46,247 nucleotides of DNA, from positions 1 through 46,247 of the forward strand of contig JAXSMZ010000009.1 in assembly GCA_037924335.1 (NCBI GenBank). Direction: 5' to 3'. The notes below the pieces were generated by a model that was not told where the DNA came from, ran no database searches, and was given only the letters and a program-made list of their open reading frames with translations. This DNA is from Aquificaceae bacterium. GTDB taxonomy: Bacteria > Aquificota > Aquificia > Aquificales > Aquificaceae. Shown in pieces: positions 29,294 to 37,734 of this stretch. Numbering within the stretch: position 1 is the stretch's first letter; each line of letters opens with the position of its first letter. A program made the translations under genes and the position numbers.

Positions 29294-30482
29294 AAACCTT
29301 AAGACCCTCTTCGTACACTACTTTATCAAGCTCTATAAGCTTATCTATCTGTGCTTCTATCTGGGGTGTTAAAGTTTCCTTCTTTACTGGCAACATTCCA
29401 TAGTTTTTTCCTACAATTTCAGAGAGTACGTTTTCTCTCTTTATAGGGGGGCAGGGTTTACCCAGTTTCTTAAAAAGCATCTTTACTGAGTTTTCAAAGT
29501 CTTCTTGTATACCTACAAAGAGAAACTCGTTCAGCCGAGATGCTATGGCAGGGCGAGCTATTTTGTTTATAAATTCCTTCCTTTCTTCCTCAGTGGTTAT
29601 ACTGCTTAGCCTTTCTCTCCACTCTTTCCAAACCCTTGTCCCCATAACCATATAGGTCATGTTCATGTTAAACCGCCACTCTTCAAGAATATAAGGATGC
29701 CTCAGCAGGTCCAAAAGACTTAATTTATGTAAGAGACCATACTCATCATGAAGCCTTAACCAAAGGTATACGCCTGGATTATGAGACCTTACGTAGTAGT
29801 AAAAGGATAGGAATCTATCTTTGGGATTTCTAAGGAAAGTAAAAATACGCATGTTTTTTCTCGGAATTAAAAGCTTTATATGGTCATAGTTAAAATGCCC
29901 TGCAACTAGAGAGTACTTGGTCAGCTCACCAGGGTGCAACATGAAATGCCCACTACCATGGTATACTGACCCTTCTCCGTATGCCTCTCTTAGCATGGCA
30001 ACGAGGGATGTACCGGCACATTTTTGAATGTGCAAAAAGACATCAATGGGTTTCTCATAAAAGAGGGCAGGGTCTTGATACTTTTTTCTCTCCAGAAAAA
30101 TAAGGAAAAACCTATCAGATTCTACTATGTTTTCCAGTACCTTTCTGAAACCCTTATCTAGCAGTATACTTCTATACTCATTTATCTCATGCTCGCTTGG
30201 CTTTTGAAGATAAAGCACTTCAAGCGTATCATCTACAAGCTTTTGCTGATAAATTTCCAAGTATCTTTTTCTGAACTCTTCTGAGTTTATGATCTCCTTC
30301 AATACTTCAGATATATCCTGATGCCTTAGCTTCTTTTTGTATCCCTCTAGGCCATTTGCATCTGGCTCTCTTCCAAGAATTCCTCTATACAGTTCACTGA
30401 CTATATGTTTTGAGAAAAGTCTTAGGAAAAATCTGTATATACGACCTTTCACATAAATAGTATATAACTTTTCGCACGCCAC
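29265..30482 (-). CDS. PAPS-dependent sulfotransferase (family 2-like) with N-terminal DUF4214-like helical repeats
   Basis: 5'-PSB motif FLHIQKCAGTS and 3'-PB motif LRNPKDRFLSFYYY. N-terminal LYRGILGREPD.NGL...SEEF repeat. Confidence 0.75.
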   Translation of the reverse strand: MACEKLYTIYVKGRIYRFFLRLFSKHIVSELYRGILGREPDANGLEGYKKKLRHQDISEVLKEIINSEEFRKRYLEIYQQKLVDDTLEVLYLQKPSEHEINEYRSILLDKGFRKVLENIVESDRFFLIFLERKKYQDPALFYEKPIDVFLHIQKCAGTSLVAMLREAYGEGSVYHGSGHFMLHPGELTKYSLVAGHFNYDHIKLLIPRKNMRIFTFLRNPKDRFLSFYYYVRSHNPGVYLWLRLHDEYGLLHKLSLLDLLRHPYILEEWRFNMNMTYMVMGTRVWKEWRERLSSITTEEERKEFINKIARPAIASRLNEFLFVGIQEDFENSVKMLFKKLGKPCPPIKRENVLSEIVGKNYGMLPVKKETLTPQIEAQIDKLIELDKVVYEEGLKVYERFKRELL

Positions 30483-30512
30483 GACTCAGAAAATTCTTAA
30501 AATAGTACTTAT

Positions 30513-31574
30513 ATGAGGACCTTGATAAAGATAGGCTCAAACCTTATACAGACAGATGATGGGGATATAGACCTTGGCTTTATAGCAAAGTTGGCCAAGG
30601 ATATTAAGGAGTTAAAATCCAAGGGTGATGAGGTTCTGATAGTATCATCGGGTGCGGTTCTTTGCGGAGCTAAAAAGCTTGGTATGAAGGGAAAGCCCAA
30701 GGAACTATCCCTAAAGCAGGCTTTGGCTGGTATAGGTCAAGCGTACCTCATGCACATATACGATGTTGCATTCTCCAACTATGGACTTGTTCCTTCACAG
30801 GTCCTTCTCACATCGGATGTGTTCAAAGAAAAAGTAAAGTTTTACAACAGCAAGAATGCCATAGAGAAGGCACTGGAACTTGGAGTAGTACCCATAATAA
30901 ACGAAAACGATACGGTTGCCATATCGGAGCTTGTTTTTGGAGACAACGACCTTCTTGCTGTCCATACAGCTTTTATGATGGATGTGGAGCTTCTTGTGAT
31001 CCTATCGAGCGCAGGTGGTTTAAGGGATGAAAGTTGGGAAATAATCCCTTACGTGGAAGATGTTGAAAAGGCTTTCCTCTTTGTGAAAGGTACAAGGTCA
31101 GAGTTTGGAAGCGGTGGTATGTACAGCAAGCTTTTTGCCACAAGAATTGCCCTCAGCCTTGGTATTCATGTTGTTATAACTGGGAAGGATGATAGTCTTC
31201 TTGATGTGAGAAACTTCAAGACAAAAGGAACTCTATTCAAGCCATCGGAGAAGCCCTTAAAACCCAAGAAGAAGTTTATAGCCATGATGGAAGAGCCAAG
31301 GGGTATCATATACGTGGACAGTGGTGCTTTCAAGGCTTTGAAGGATGGAAAAAGCCTCCTACCCGCTGGTATTGTAAAAGTGGAAGGGATGTTTGGTAGG
31401 TATGATGTGGTTAGCATATACACGGAGGATGGATTCCTTGTGGGTAAGGGAAAGGTTAACTTCTCCTCCGAGGAGCTATCACGTGTGATAAAAAAGAGGG
31501 GAAAAGAGGTCAAGAGTATACTAAAGACAACAAAAGAAGAGGCGGTCCACAGAGATAACTTGGTTCTCTTTTAG
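30513..31574 (+). CDS. proB: Glutamate 5-kinase
   Basis: IKIGS, VSSGAV, INENDTV, FGDND and GGMYSK motifs, plus a C-terminal PUA domain. Confidence 0.96.
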   Translation: MRTLIKIGSNLIQTDDGDIDLGFIAKLAKDIKELKSKGDEVLIVSSGAVLCGAKKLGMKGKPKELSLKQALAGIGQAYLMHIYDVAFSNYGLVPSQVLLTSDVFKEKVKFYNSKNAIEKALELGVVPIINENDTVAISELVFGDNDLLAVHTAFMMDVELLVILSSAGGLRDESWEIIPYVEDVEKAFLFVKGTRSEFGSGGMYSKLFATRIALSLGIHVVITGKDDSLLDVRNFKTKGTLFKPSEKPLKPKKKFIAMMEEPRGIIYVDSGAFKALKDGKSLLPAGIVKVEGMFGRYDVVSIYTEDGFLVGKGKVNFSSEELSRVIKKRGKEVKSILKTTKEEAVHRDNLVLF

Positions 31575-31990
31575 AGATATCCAGCTTCGACGCCTATGCA
31601 TGCATCCCATACTACCTTTATCTTATCCTTGTACTTTTCTATAACTTCCGTATTTTCGGACCCAGGTTGAAGCCACACACACTTAACTCTCAGTTTAACA
31701 GCCTCCTCAAATATAGGTTCTAAATGAGCTGGATTCCTAAAAACGTTCACTATGTCTATAGATTCTTTTATATCAGAGAGAGAAGGTAAAACTTTTATGC
31801 CCATTATCTCTTGTCCTGCGTACTTAGGGTTCACAAAGTAAACCTTATGAAGATCCCTGCTTATGAGCCTTTCGCTTACATAGTAAGAAGGTCTATTGGG
31901 GTCTGGAGAGATACCAACAACCGCAACAGTCTTTGCTTTTTTTAAAATATCCAAAGCATCATCCCTATGCGTATGTGTCAGTTCTCTCAT
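31571..31990 (-). CDS. CoA-binding protein (YccU-like)
   Basis: VAVVGIS.DPNRPSY, VNP, DIVNVFR, VWLQPG and DACI motifs. Start moved to ATG 31990. Confidence 0.88.
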   Translation of the reverse strand: MRELTHTHRDDALDILKKAKTVAVVGISPDPNRPSYYVSERLISRDLHKVYFVNPKYAGQEIMGIKVLPSLSDIKESIDIVNVFRNPAHLEPIFEEAVKLRVKCVWLQPGSENTEVIEKYKDKIKVVWDACIGVEAGYL

Positions 31991-32012
31991 ACTATCTATT
32001 ATAATGCATTCT

Positions 32013-33455
32013 ATGCTGTGGGAAAAGTCAGCTGTAGAGCTAAGGGACCTTATAAAAAAAAGGGAAGTTAAAGTTTCTGAAGTCATCGAGAGCTTTTCAG
32101 AGAGAGCAAGCCACACAGAACCTCTTGTGAAAGCTTACATAACTGAAATGTACGAAGAAGCTCTCCAAAGGGCAAAGAAGATGGATGAAAGCTTAGAAGA
32201 TAGACCTCTCTTTGGGATACCAGTGGCAGTAAAGGATAACATAAACATAAAGGGTGTGAGAACTACATGCGGTTCAAAGATGCTTGAAAACTTTTTCTCC
32301 CCCTATGACGCCACGGTAATTCAAAGGTTAAAAGAGGCTGGAGCTCTTTTTATAGGAAAAACAAACATGGACGAGTTTGCCATGGGTTCTTCCACAGAGT
32401 ACTCGGCCTTTTTCTCAACTAGAAACCCTTGGGATTTGGAGCGTGTACCCGGTGGTTCCTCTGGTGGTTCTGCAGCTGCTGTATCTGTTGCTTGTGCTCC
32501 TCTGGCATTAGGTTCTGATACTGGTGGTTCCATAAGACAGCCAGCTTCCTTCTGTGGTGTTATAGGCTTAAAGCCAACGTACGGTAGGGTATCGAGGTAC
32601 GGCCTTGTAGCCTTTGCATCGTCCCTTGACCAGATAGGACCCTTTGGAAGAAGGACTGAGGACGTTGCTCTGATTATGGAAGTTATATCTGGAATGGATA
32701 AAAAGGACTCTACATCTTCTCCTATGCCAGTTCCAAAGTTTACCGAGGAGATGAAAAAGGACATAAAAAATCTAAGGGTCGGAGTGCCAAAGGAGTTTTT
32801 TGAGTTTGAAGTACAGAAGGAGCTAAAGGAAATTTTTGATGATTTTCTTAAAAAGCTCCAATCCTACGGATGTTATGTGGAGGAAGTATCTTTACCCCAT
32901 ATTAAGTATGCAATACCCACTTACTACATAATAGCCCCTTCGGAGGCTTCGTCAAACCTTGCAAGGTATGATGGTGTTAGATACGGATACAGGACAAAGC
33001 AACATTTGGACCTATACGAGATGTATGCAAAGACAAGGGATGAGGGTTTTGGACCAGAGGTTAAAAGAAGGATAATGCTCGGTACCTTTGCTCTATCTAC
33101 GGGCTATTACGATGCTTACTATCTCAAGGCTGCGAAGGTAAGGACTCTCATAAAGAGAGATTTTGAGGAAGCCTTTAAGAAGGTTGATGTTTTGGCTTCT
33201 TTAACAGCTCCAACTGTGGCTTTCAGGCTCGGTGAAAAGCTAAAAGACCCCATACAGATGTACCTTTCAGACATATTTACAGTGTCTGTAAACCTTGCAC
33301 ATCTGCCAGCTGTATCCATACCCATTGGCATGGTGGACAACCTTCCTGTAGGTGGGCAGCTCATAGGAAAGCCCTTTGACGAATCACTTCTCTTGAGGAT
33401 CTCCTACTTTTGGGAACATTTATACAGACACTATGAATTTGTCCCGCTTACATAA
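32013..33455 (+). CDS. gatA: Glutamyl-tRNA(Gln) amidotransferase subunit A
   Basis: GKTNMDEFAMGSS, GGSSGGSAA, GSDTGGSIRQP and SNLARYDG motifs. Start moved to ATG 32013. Confidence 0.96.
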   Translation: MLWEKSAVELRDLIKKREVKVSEVIESFSERASHTEPLVKAYITEMYEEALQRAKKMDESLEDRPLFGIPVAVKDNINIKGVRTTCGSKMLENFFSPYDATVIQRLKEAGALFIGKTNMDEFAMGSSTEYSAFFSTRNPWDLERVPGGSSGGSAAAVSVACAPLALGSDTGGSIRQPASFCGVIGLKPTYGRVSRYGLVAFASSLDQIGPFGRRTEDVALIMEVISGMDKKDSTSSPMPVPKFTEEMKKDIKNLRVGVPKEFFEFEVQKELKEIFDDFLKKLQSYGCYVEEVSLPHIKYAIPTYYIIAPSEASSNLARYDGVRYGYRTKQHLDLYEMYAKTRDEGFGPEVKRRIMLGTFALSTGYYDAYYLKAAKVRTLIKRDFEEAFKKVDVLASLTAPTVAFRLGEKLKDPIQMYLSDIFTVSVNLAHLPAVSIPIGMVDNLPVGGQLIGKPFDESLLLRISYFWEHLYRHYEFVPLT

Positions 33456-33469
33456 ATTATAATTATCCT

Positions 33470-35323
33470 ATGCGCGAAATCTTTATAACAGACCTTTCTT
33501 TGAGAGATGGTGTTCAGTGTATTCTTGCCACACGTGTGAGAATGGAAGATATGATACCAATTATAGAGGTCCTTGATAAGTGTGGATTTTGGTCTCTTGA
33601 GGTGTGGGGAGGAGCCACCTTTGATGTATGTTTGAGGTATCTAAAGGAAGACCCATGGGAAAGGTTAGAGAAGTTCAAACAGCATACAAAAAGCACAAAG
33701 CTTGAGATGCTCCTAAGGGGGCAGAACATAGTTGGATATAAGCACTATCCCGATGATGTGGTAGAGGCATTTGTAAAGAAAGCGTACGATTATGGGATAG
33801 AAGTTTTTAGGGTCTTTGATGCCCTTAACGATGTCAGGAACATGAAAAAGTCCATAGAGGTTGCAAAAAAACTTGGTGCAACAGTAAAAGGAGCAATATC
33901 CTACACCATAAGTCCAGTGCATACCGTAGAGTACTATGTAAAAATGGCAAGGGAGCTTGTGGATTTGGGGTCTGACATAATATCCATAAAAGACCAAGCT
34001 GGACTCCTATCGCCAAAGGTAGCTTATGACCTTGTAAAGGCTCTAAAGTCAGAATTCCCAAAGCATCCTGTACATATGCACACACAGACAACGGCAGACC
34101 TTGCACAGATGGCACAGCTCAAAGGAATAGAGGCTGGTGCTGATATGATAGACACTGCCTTTTACAGCTTGTCCTGTCAAACATCCCATCCACCCGGTGA
34201 GAGTATGGTATACGTCCTGAAAGAGTTTGGATACAGTATCAGAGTGAATGAAGAGCTTTACAAGAAGGCTGGAGATATGTTCAGGGAGGTTAGGAAAAAG
34301 TACGAGAAGTATGATGTACTACCGCCGTACCCAGATGTAGATGTTCTCATACATCAAGTTCCCGGTGGCATGATAACTAACTTTATAAGCCAGCTGAAAG
34401 AACAGAACATGGAGGACCGCCTCGAAGAGGTCCTTGAGGAAGTTGCAAGAGTCAGACAGGATCTGGGTTACCCACCCCTTGTAACACCTTCAAGTCAGAT
34501 AGTTGGTTCTCAAGCATTCCTTAACGTGCTTCATGGAGAAAGGTACAAGGTTGTTACTAAGGAGACAAAGGATTATGTTAAAGGGCTCTACGGAAGACCT
34601 CCAGCACCCATAAGTCAAGAGGTCATAGAGAAGGTCCTAGGTGGAGAGGAAACCCTTTACCATATAAGACCTGCCGACCTTTTAAAGCCAGAAATGGAAA
34701 AGGTAAGAGAAGAGGCTATAAAGCATGGTGCAAGGAATGATACCGATATACTATCCTACGCTCTTTTCCCCCTTGTGGCTAAAGAATTCTTTGAGTGGAG
34801 GGATAGCTACAAAGAGGGAAGGGCTCTCCTTCCAGAGTTTGAGGAGAGCATAAAAGAGCAGGAGAAAAAGGAGAAAATTCCCGTTGAGTTCATCATAACC
34901 GTTCATGGTGAGCAGTACCACGTTCAAGTGGCTGGAAGAGGAGAACCAACGCCAGAAGGCAGAACATTTTTTATAAGGTTAGATGGACAGCTTGAAGAGG
35001 TAATCCTAAAGCCAGTGAGAGAGATAGAAAGCGTAGGAGTGTCTTACGGTGAATTACCAGCAGGAGGGGAAGTAAAGCCAAAAAGACCAAAGCCTTTTGG
35101 TGTAGGAGACATAACATCTCCCATCTCTGGGAAGATAGTTAACATAAAAGTGAACATTGGTCAAAGGGTGAAAGAAGGGGATGTGCTTTTCGTTGTTGAG
35201 GCCATGAAGATGGAAAATGAAGTGCACAGCCCTGTTAATGGTACAGTAGAGGATATTCTCGTCTCCTTAGGCGAAGTTATAAACCCTGATGAAGTTGTTA
35301 TGAGAATAAAACCAGAGATATGA
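33470..35323 (+). CDS. pycB: Biotin-dependent carboxyltransferase + biotinyl subunit (pyruvate carboxylase subunit B / OadA / 2-oxoglutarate carboxylase family)
   Basis: LRDGVQ, WGGATFD, HQVPGGM, LGYPPLVTPSSQ and biotinylation motif EAMKM. The exact paralog cannot be resolved by eye. Confidence 0.75.
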   Translation: MREIFITDLSLRDGVQCILATRVRMEDMIPIIEVLDKCGFWSLEVWGGATFDVCLRYLKEDPWERLEKFKQHTKSTKLEMLLRGQNIVGYKHYPDDVVEAFVKKAYDYGIEVFRVFDALNDVRNMKKSIEVAKKLGATVKGAISYTISPVHTVEYYVKMARELVDLGSDIISIKDQAGLLSPKVAYDLVKALKSEFPKHPVHMHTQTTADLAQMAQLKGIEAGADMIDTAFYSLSCQTSHPPGESMVYVLKEFGYSIRVNEELYKKAGDMFREVRKKYEKYDVLPPYPDVDVLIHQVPGGMITNFISQLKEQNMEDRLEEVLEEVARVRQDLGYPPLVTPSSQIVGSQAFLNVLHGERYKVVTKETKDYVKGLYGRPPAPISQEVIEKVLGGEETLYHIRPADLLKPEMEKVREEAIKHGARNDTDILSYALFPLVAKEFFEWRDSYKEGRALLPEFEESIKEQEKKEKIPVEFIITVHGEQYHVQVAGRGEPTPEGRTFFIRLDGQLEEVILKPVREIESVGVSYGELPAGGEVKPKRPKPFGVGDITSPISGKIVNIKVNIGQRVKEGDVLFVVEAMKMENEVHSPVNGTVEDILVSLGEVINPDEVVMRIKPEI

Positions 35324-35994
35324 ATGATGTGAAGATATTTATAGTTGAGGATGATGTAGACCTTGCCCAGGTGCTTGAGTACAACCTAAAGAAGGAAGGT
35401 TATCGGGTGCTGACCTTCCAAGGAGGAAAGTACCTTTTCAAGAAGATGGAAGAAGAGATTCCAGACCTTATAATGCTTGATATAATGCTTCCAGATTACG
35501 ACGGTTTTAGGATAGCAAACATTTTGAAATCAAAGGCTGATGTGAAAGATATTCCCATAATATTCATAACGGCTAAGGATTTAGAAGAGGATAAACTTAA
35601 AGGCTTTTCCCTCGGTGCCGATGATTACATAACAAAACCCTTCTCCATAAAAGAGCTCCTTGCAAGGGTTAAAGCCATTCTTAAAAGGGTCGGTAAGCTG
35701 GAGAAAAGGGGGATCTTCAAGCTTGGTGAACTTGAGATAGATACTCACAAGTATGAGGTAAAGAGAGGTAAAGAGAAGATAGAACTGACACCCACAGAGT
35801 TTAGAATATTCGAAACTCTTTTGGAGAACTACGGAAGACCAGTAAGCAGAGGCTATCTCATAGAGAGGATACTCCAGAAGGATATATACGATAGAACTAT
35901 AGACGTGCATGTAAAAAACATAAGGGAAAAGCTTGGAAAAGAGGGAAACGCTATAAAAACGGTCAGAGGTTTTGGCTACAAAATAGAACTATGA
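35320..35994 (+). CDS. OmpR/PhoB-family response regulator
   Basis: VEDD, LDIMLP, GADDYITKPF and winged-helix RTIDVHV...TVRGFGY. Confidence 0.92.
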   Translation: MNDVKIFIVEDDVDLAQVLEYNLKKEGYRVLTFQGGKYLFKKMEEEIPDLIMLDIMLPDYDGFRIANILKSKADVKDIPIIFITAKDLEEDKLKGFSLGADDYITKPFSIKELLARVKAILKRVGKLEKRGIFKLGELEIDTHKYEVKRGKEKIELTPTEFRIFETLLENYGRPVSRGYLIERILQKDIYDRTIDVHVKNIREKLGKEGNAIKTVRGFGYKIEL

Positions 35995-37148
35995 AATGGT
36001 TTGTGCTCATATTCTTTTTCCTATACCTCTTCATACATTCTTACACCTTTTTTAGACTGATAAGGACAAACTTCTCTTCAAGAGTGAGCTCTATACTCAT
36101 ATTCCTTTTCATCTTTATGTTACTGTCCCCTCTCTCGTGGCGGTTTTTGGATGAGAGAGCTCCTCAATCTATAACCTATTTGGTGGTACTGACGAGCCTT
36201 CTTTGGATGGGCTTTATCTTTTATACGGCTTTTTTCACGCTCAGCCTTGATGTCTACAGGAATATTGTAACAGTAAGCAAAAAGCTCTTTGGTGTTAATC
36301 CTCTTCCCATCCCTTCTCCAAGGCTTTCCTTTTACACTATCCTCTTGGCAAGCTTTTTCCTCTCAGTATACAGCTACTGGGAAACTCTCGGACTCCGTGT
36401 GATAAGGATAACGATAAAGACGGACAAGCTCCCCCCACATGTGAGAAATATTAAGATACTTCACATATCTGATGTTCACTTGGGACCCGTGATGGGTACG
36501 GATAAGGTACTACTGATAAAAAAAGTGTGGGAGAAAGAGAGGCCAGATATCATAGTCTCAACGGGTGACCTGATCGATGGCAACATGAGGAGAAAGGACG
36601 GGCTTGCAAGCATGCTAAAAAATATGCATGCACCCCTTGGTAAGTTTGCTGTTTTGGGAAATCATGAGTACTACAGAGGTGTAGAACAGGCTATAGACTT
36701 TACAAACAGAGCTGGGTTTTATCTTTTAAAGGGTGAACGGGTGGACTTAGGACCTTTAGTTATTGTCGGTGTTGATGATGATGATTGCAGATTCTTTAAT
36801 GCATGCAAAGGTACAGTTGATGAGTACCAGATTTTAAAAGACACGCCAAAGGATAAGTTTGTACTTCTCTTAAAGCACAAGCCAAGGTTAAACCCTTCCT
36901 CTGCTGGACTGTTTGACCTTATGCTGTCCGGACACACGCATGGGGGAATATACAAACCAGTTGGAGAGTTCATCATTAAAAGGATGTTTATCACAGATAG
37001 GGGCCTTGTAAGGGTCAAAGATTCTTATGTATTCGTAAGCAAAGGTGTGGGAACTGGCGGACCGCCTATGAGGCTCTTTTCTCCACCAGATGTAGCTATA
37101 GTAGAAATTTTAAATTCTGCTCAAAAATCTATCAAGCTTGTTCAATAA
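35991..37148 (+). CDS. Membrane-anchored metallophosphoesterase (YkuE/YaeI-like)
   Basis: N-terminal TM helices plus SDVH, GDLID, GNHE and SGHTHGG motifs. Confidence 0.9.
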   Translation: MKWFVLIFFFLYLFIHSYTFFRLIRTNFSSRVSSILIFLFIFMLLSPLSWRFLDERAPQSITYLVVLTSLLWMGFIFYTAFFTLSLDVYRNIVTVSKKLFGVNPLPIPSPRLSFYTILLASFFLSVYSYWETLGLRVIRITIKTDKLPPHVRNIKILHISDVHLGPVMGTDKVLLIKKVWEKERPDIIVSTGDLIDGNMRRKDGLASMLKNMHAPLGKFAVLGNHEYYRGVEQAIDFTNRAGFYLLKGERVDLGPLVIVGVDDDDCRFFNACKGTVDEYQILKDTPKDKFVLLLKHKPRLNPSSAGLFDLMLSGHTHGGIYKPVGEFIIKRMFITDRGLVRVKDSYVFVSKGVGTGGPPMRLFSPPDVAIVEILNSAQKSIKLVQ

Positions 37149-37156
37149 ATGAACAA
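37138..37156. promoter_or_regulatory. Perfect inverted repeat TTGTTCA-N5-TGAACAA, candidate upstream activator site for a sigma54 activator
   Basis: Centred about 72 bp upstream of the -12 element. TGT-N11-ACA core. Confidence 0.45.
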
Positions 37157-37205
37157 TTATACCACCTACATCTTACTTAAAAGCCTTGGCATTCTCCAAT
37201 TTTTT

Positions 37206-37221
37206 TGGCATCTTTTTTGCA
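37206..37221 (+). promoter_or_regulatory. Sigma54 (-24/-12) promoter
   Basis: TGGCATCTTTTTTGCA has GG-N10-GC with exact spacing and fits TGGCA-N6-TTGCA. It lies about 40 bp before the Rieske gene. Confidence 0.75.
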
Positions 37222-37258
37222 TATAAAAGGATGAGACTAATATAAGGAGGTGCGCGTC

Positions 37259-37729
37259 ATGGAACTGAACAGAAGAGGCTTTATTTATTTAGGTGCCTTA
37301 GGGGTTACTTCTACGGTTGCAAAGAATGCCTTTGCAATCCAGGGAAAGGAGATTAAGGTGGTAGACCTTGCCAGCATATCTCCTCTAAAGCCCATCAGCT
37401 TTAACTACCCCGATGAAAACTCTCCTACAATTCTCCTGGATATGGGTAAGCCCGTTTATATGGGCGTCGGTCCCAAAAATTCTATAGTTGCCTATTCAGC
37501 CCTATGCCAACATATGGGCTGTCCTGTCAATTTTGATAGCAAAAGTAAGCTTTTGGTATGCCCGTGCCATATAAGTATTTATGACCCTGCTCGTGGAGGT
37601 ATGTGTGTGGAGGGTCCTGCCACAAGTAGGCTTCCAAGAATACTCCTTAAGGTCAAAAGGGATGGCCTTTATGCTGTGGGTGTATCCCAGGGCATCATAT
37701 ACGGAAGAGCCAACAACATAGGGAGGTAA
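37259..37729 (+). CDS. Tat-exported Rieske [2Fe-2S] small subunit, AioB-like
   Basis: NRRGFI twin-arginine motif, AFA cleavage site, FNYPD, GVGPKNSIVAYSALCQHMGC and CPCH.S.YDP. AAGGAGGTG RBS before ATG 37259. Confidence 0.88.
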   Translation: MELNRRGFIYLGALGVTSTVAKNAFAIQGKEIKVVDLASISPLKPISFNYPDENSPTILLDMGKPVYMGVGPKNSIVAYSALCQHMGCPVNFDSKSKLLVCPCHISIYDPARGGMCVEGPATSRLPRILLKVKRDGLYAVGVSQGIIYGRANNIGR

Positions 37730-37734
37730 TAACC

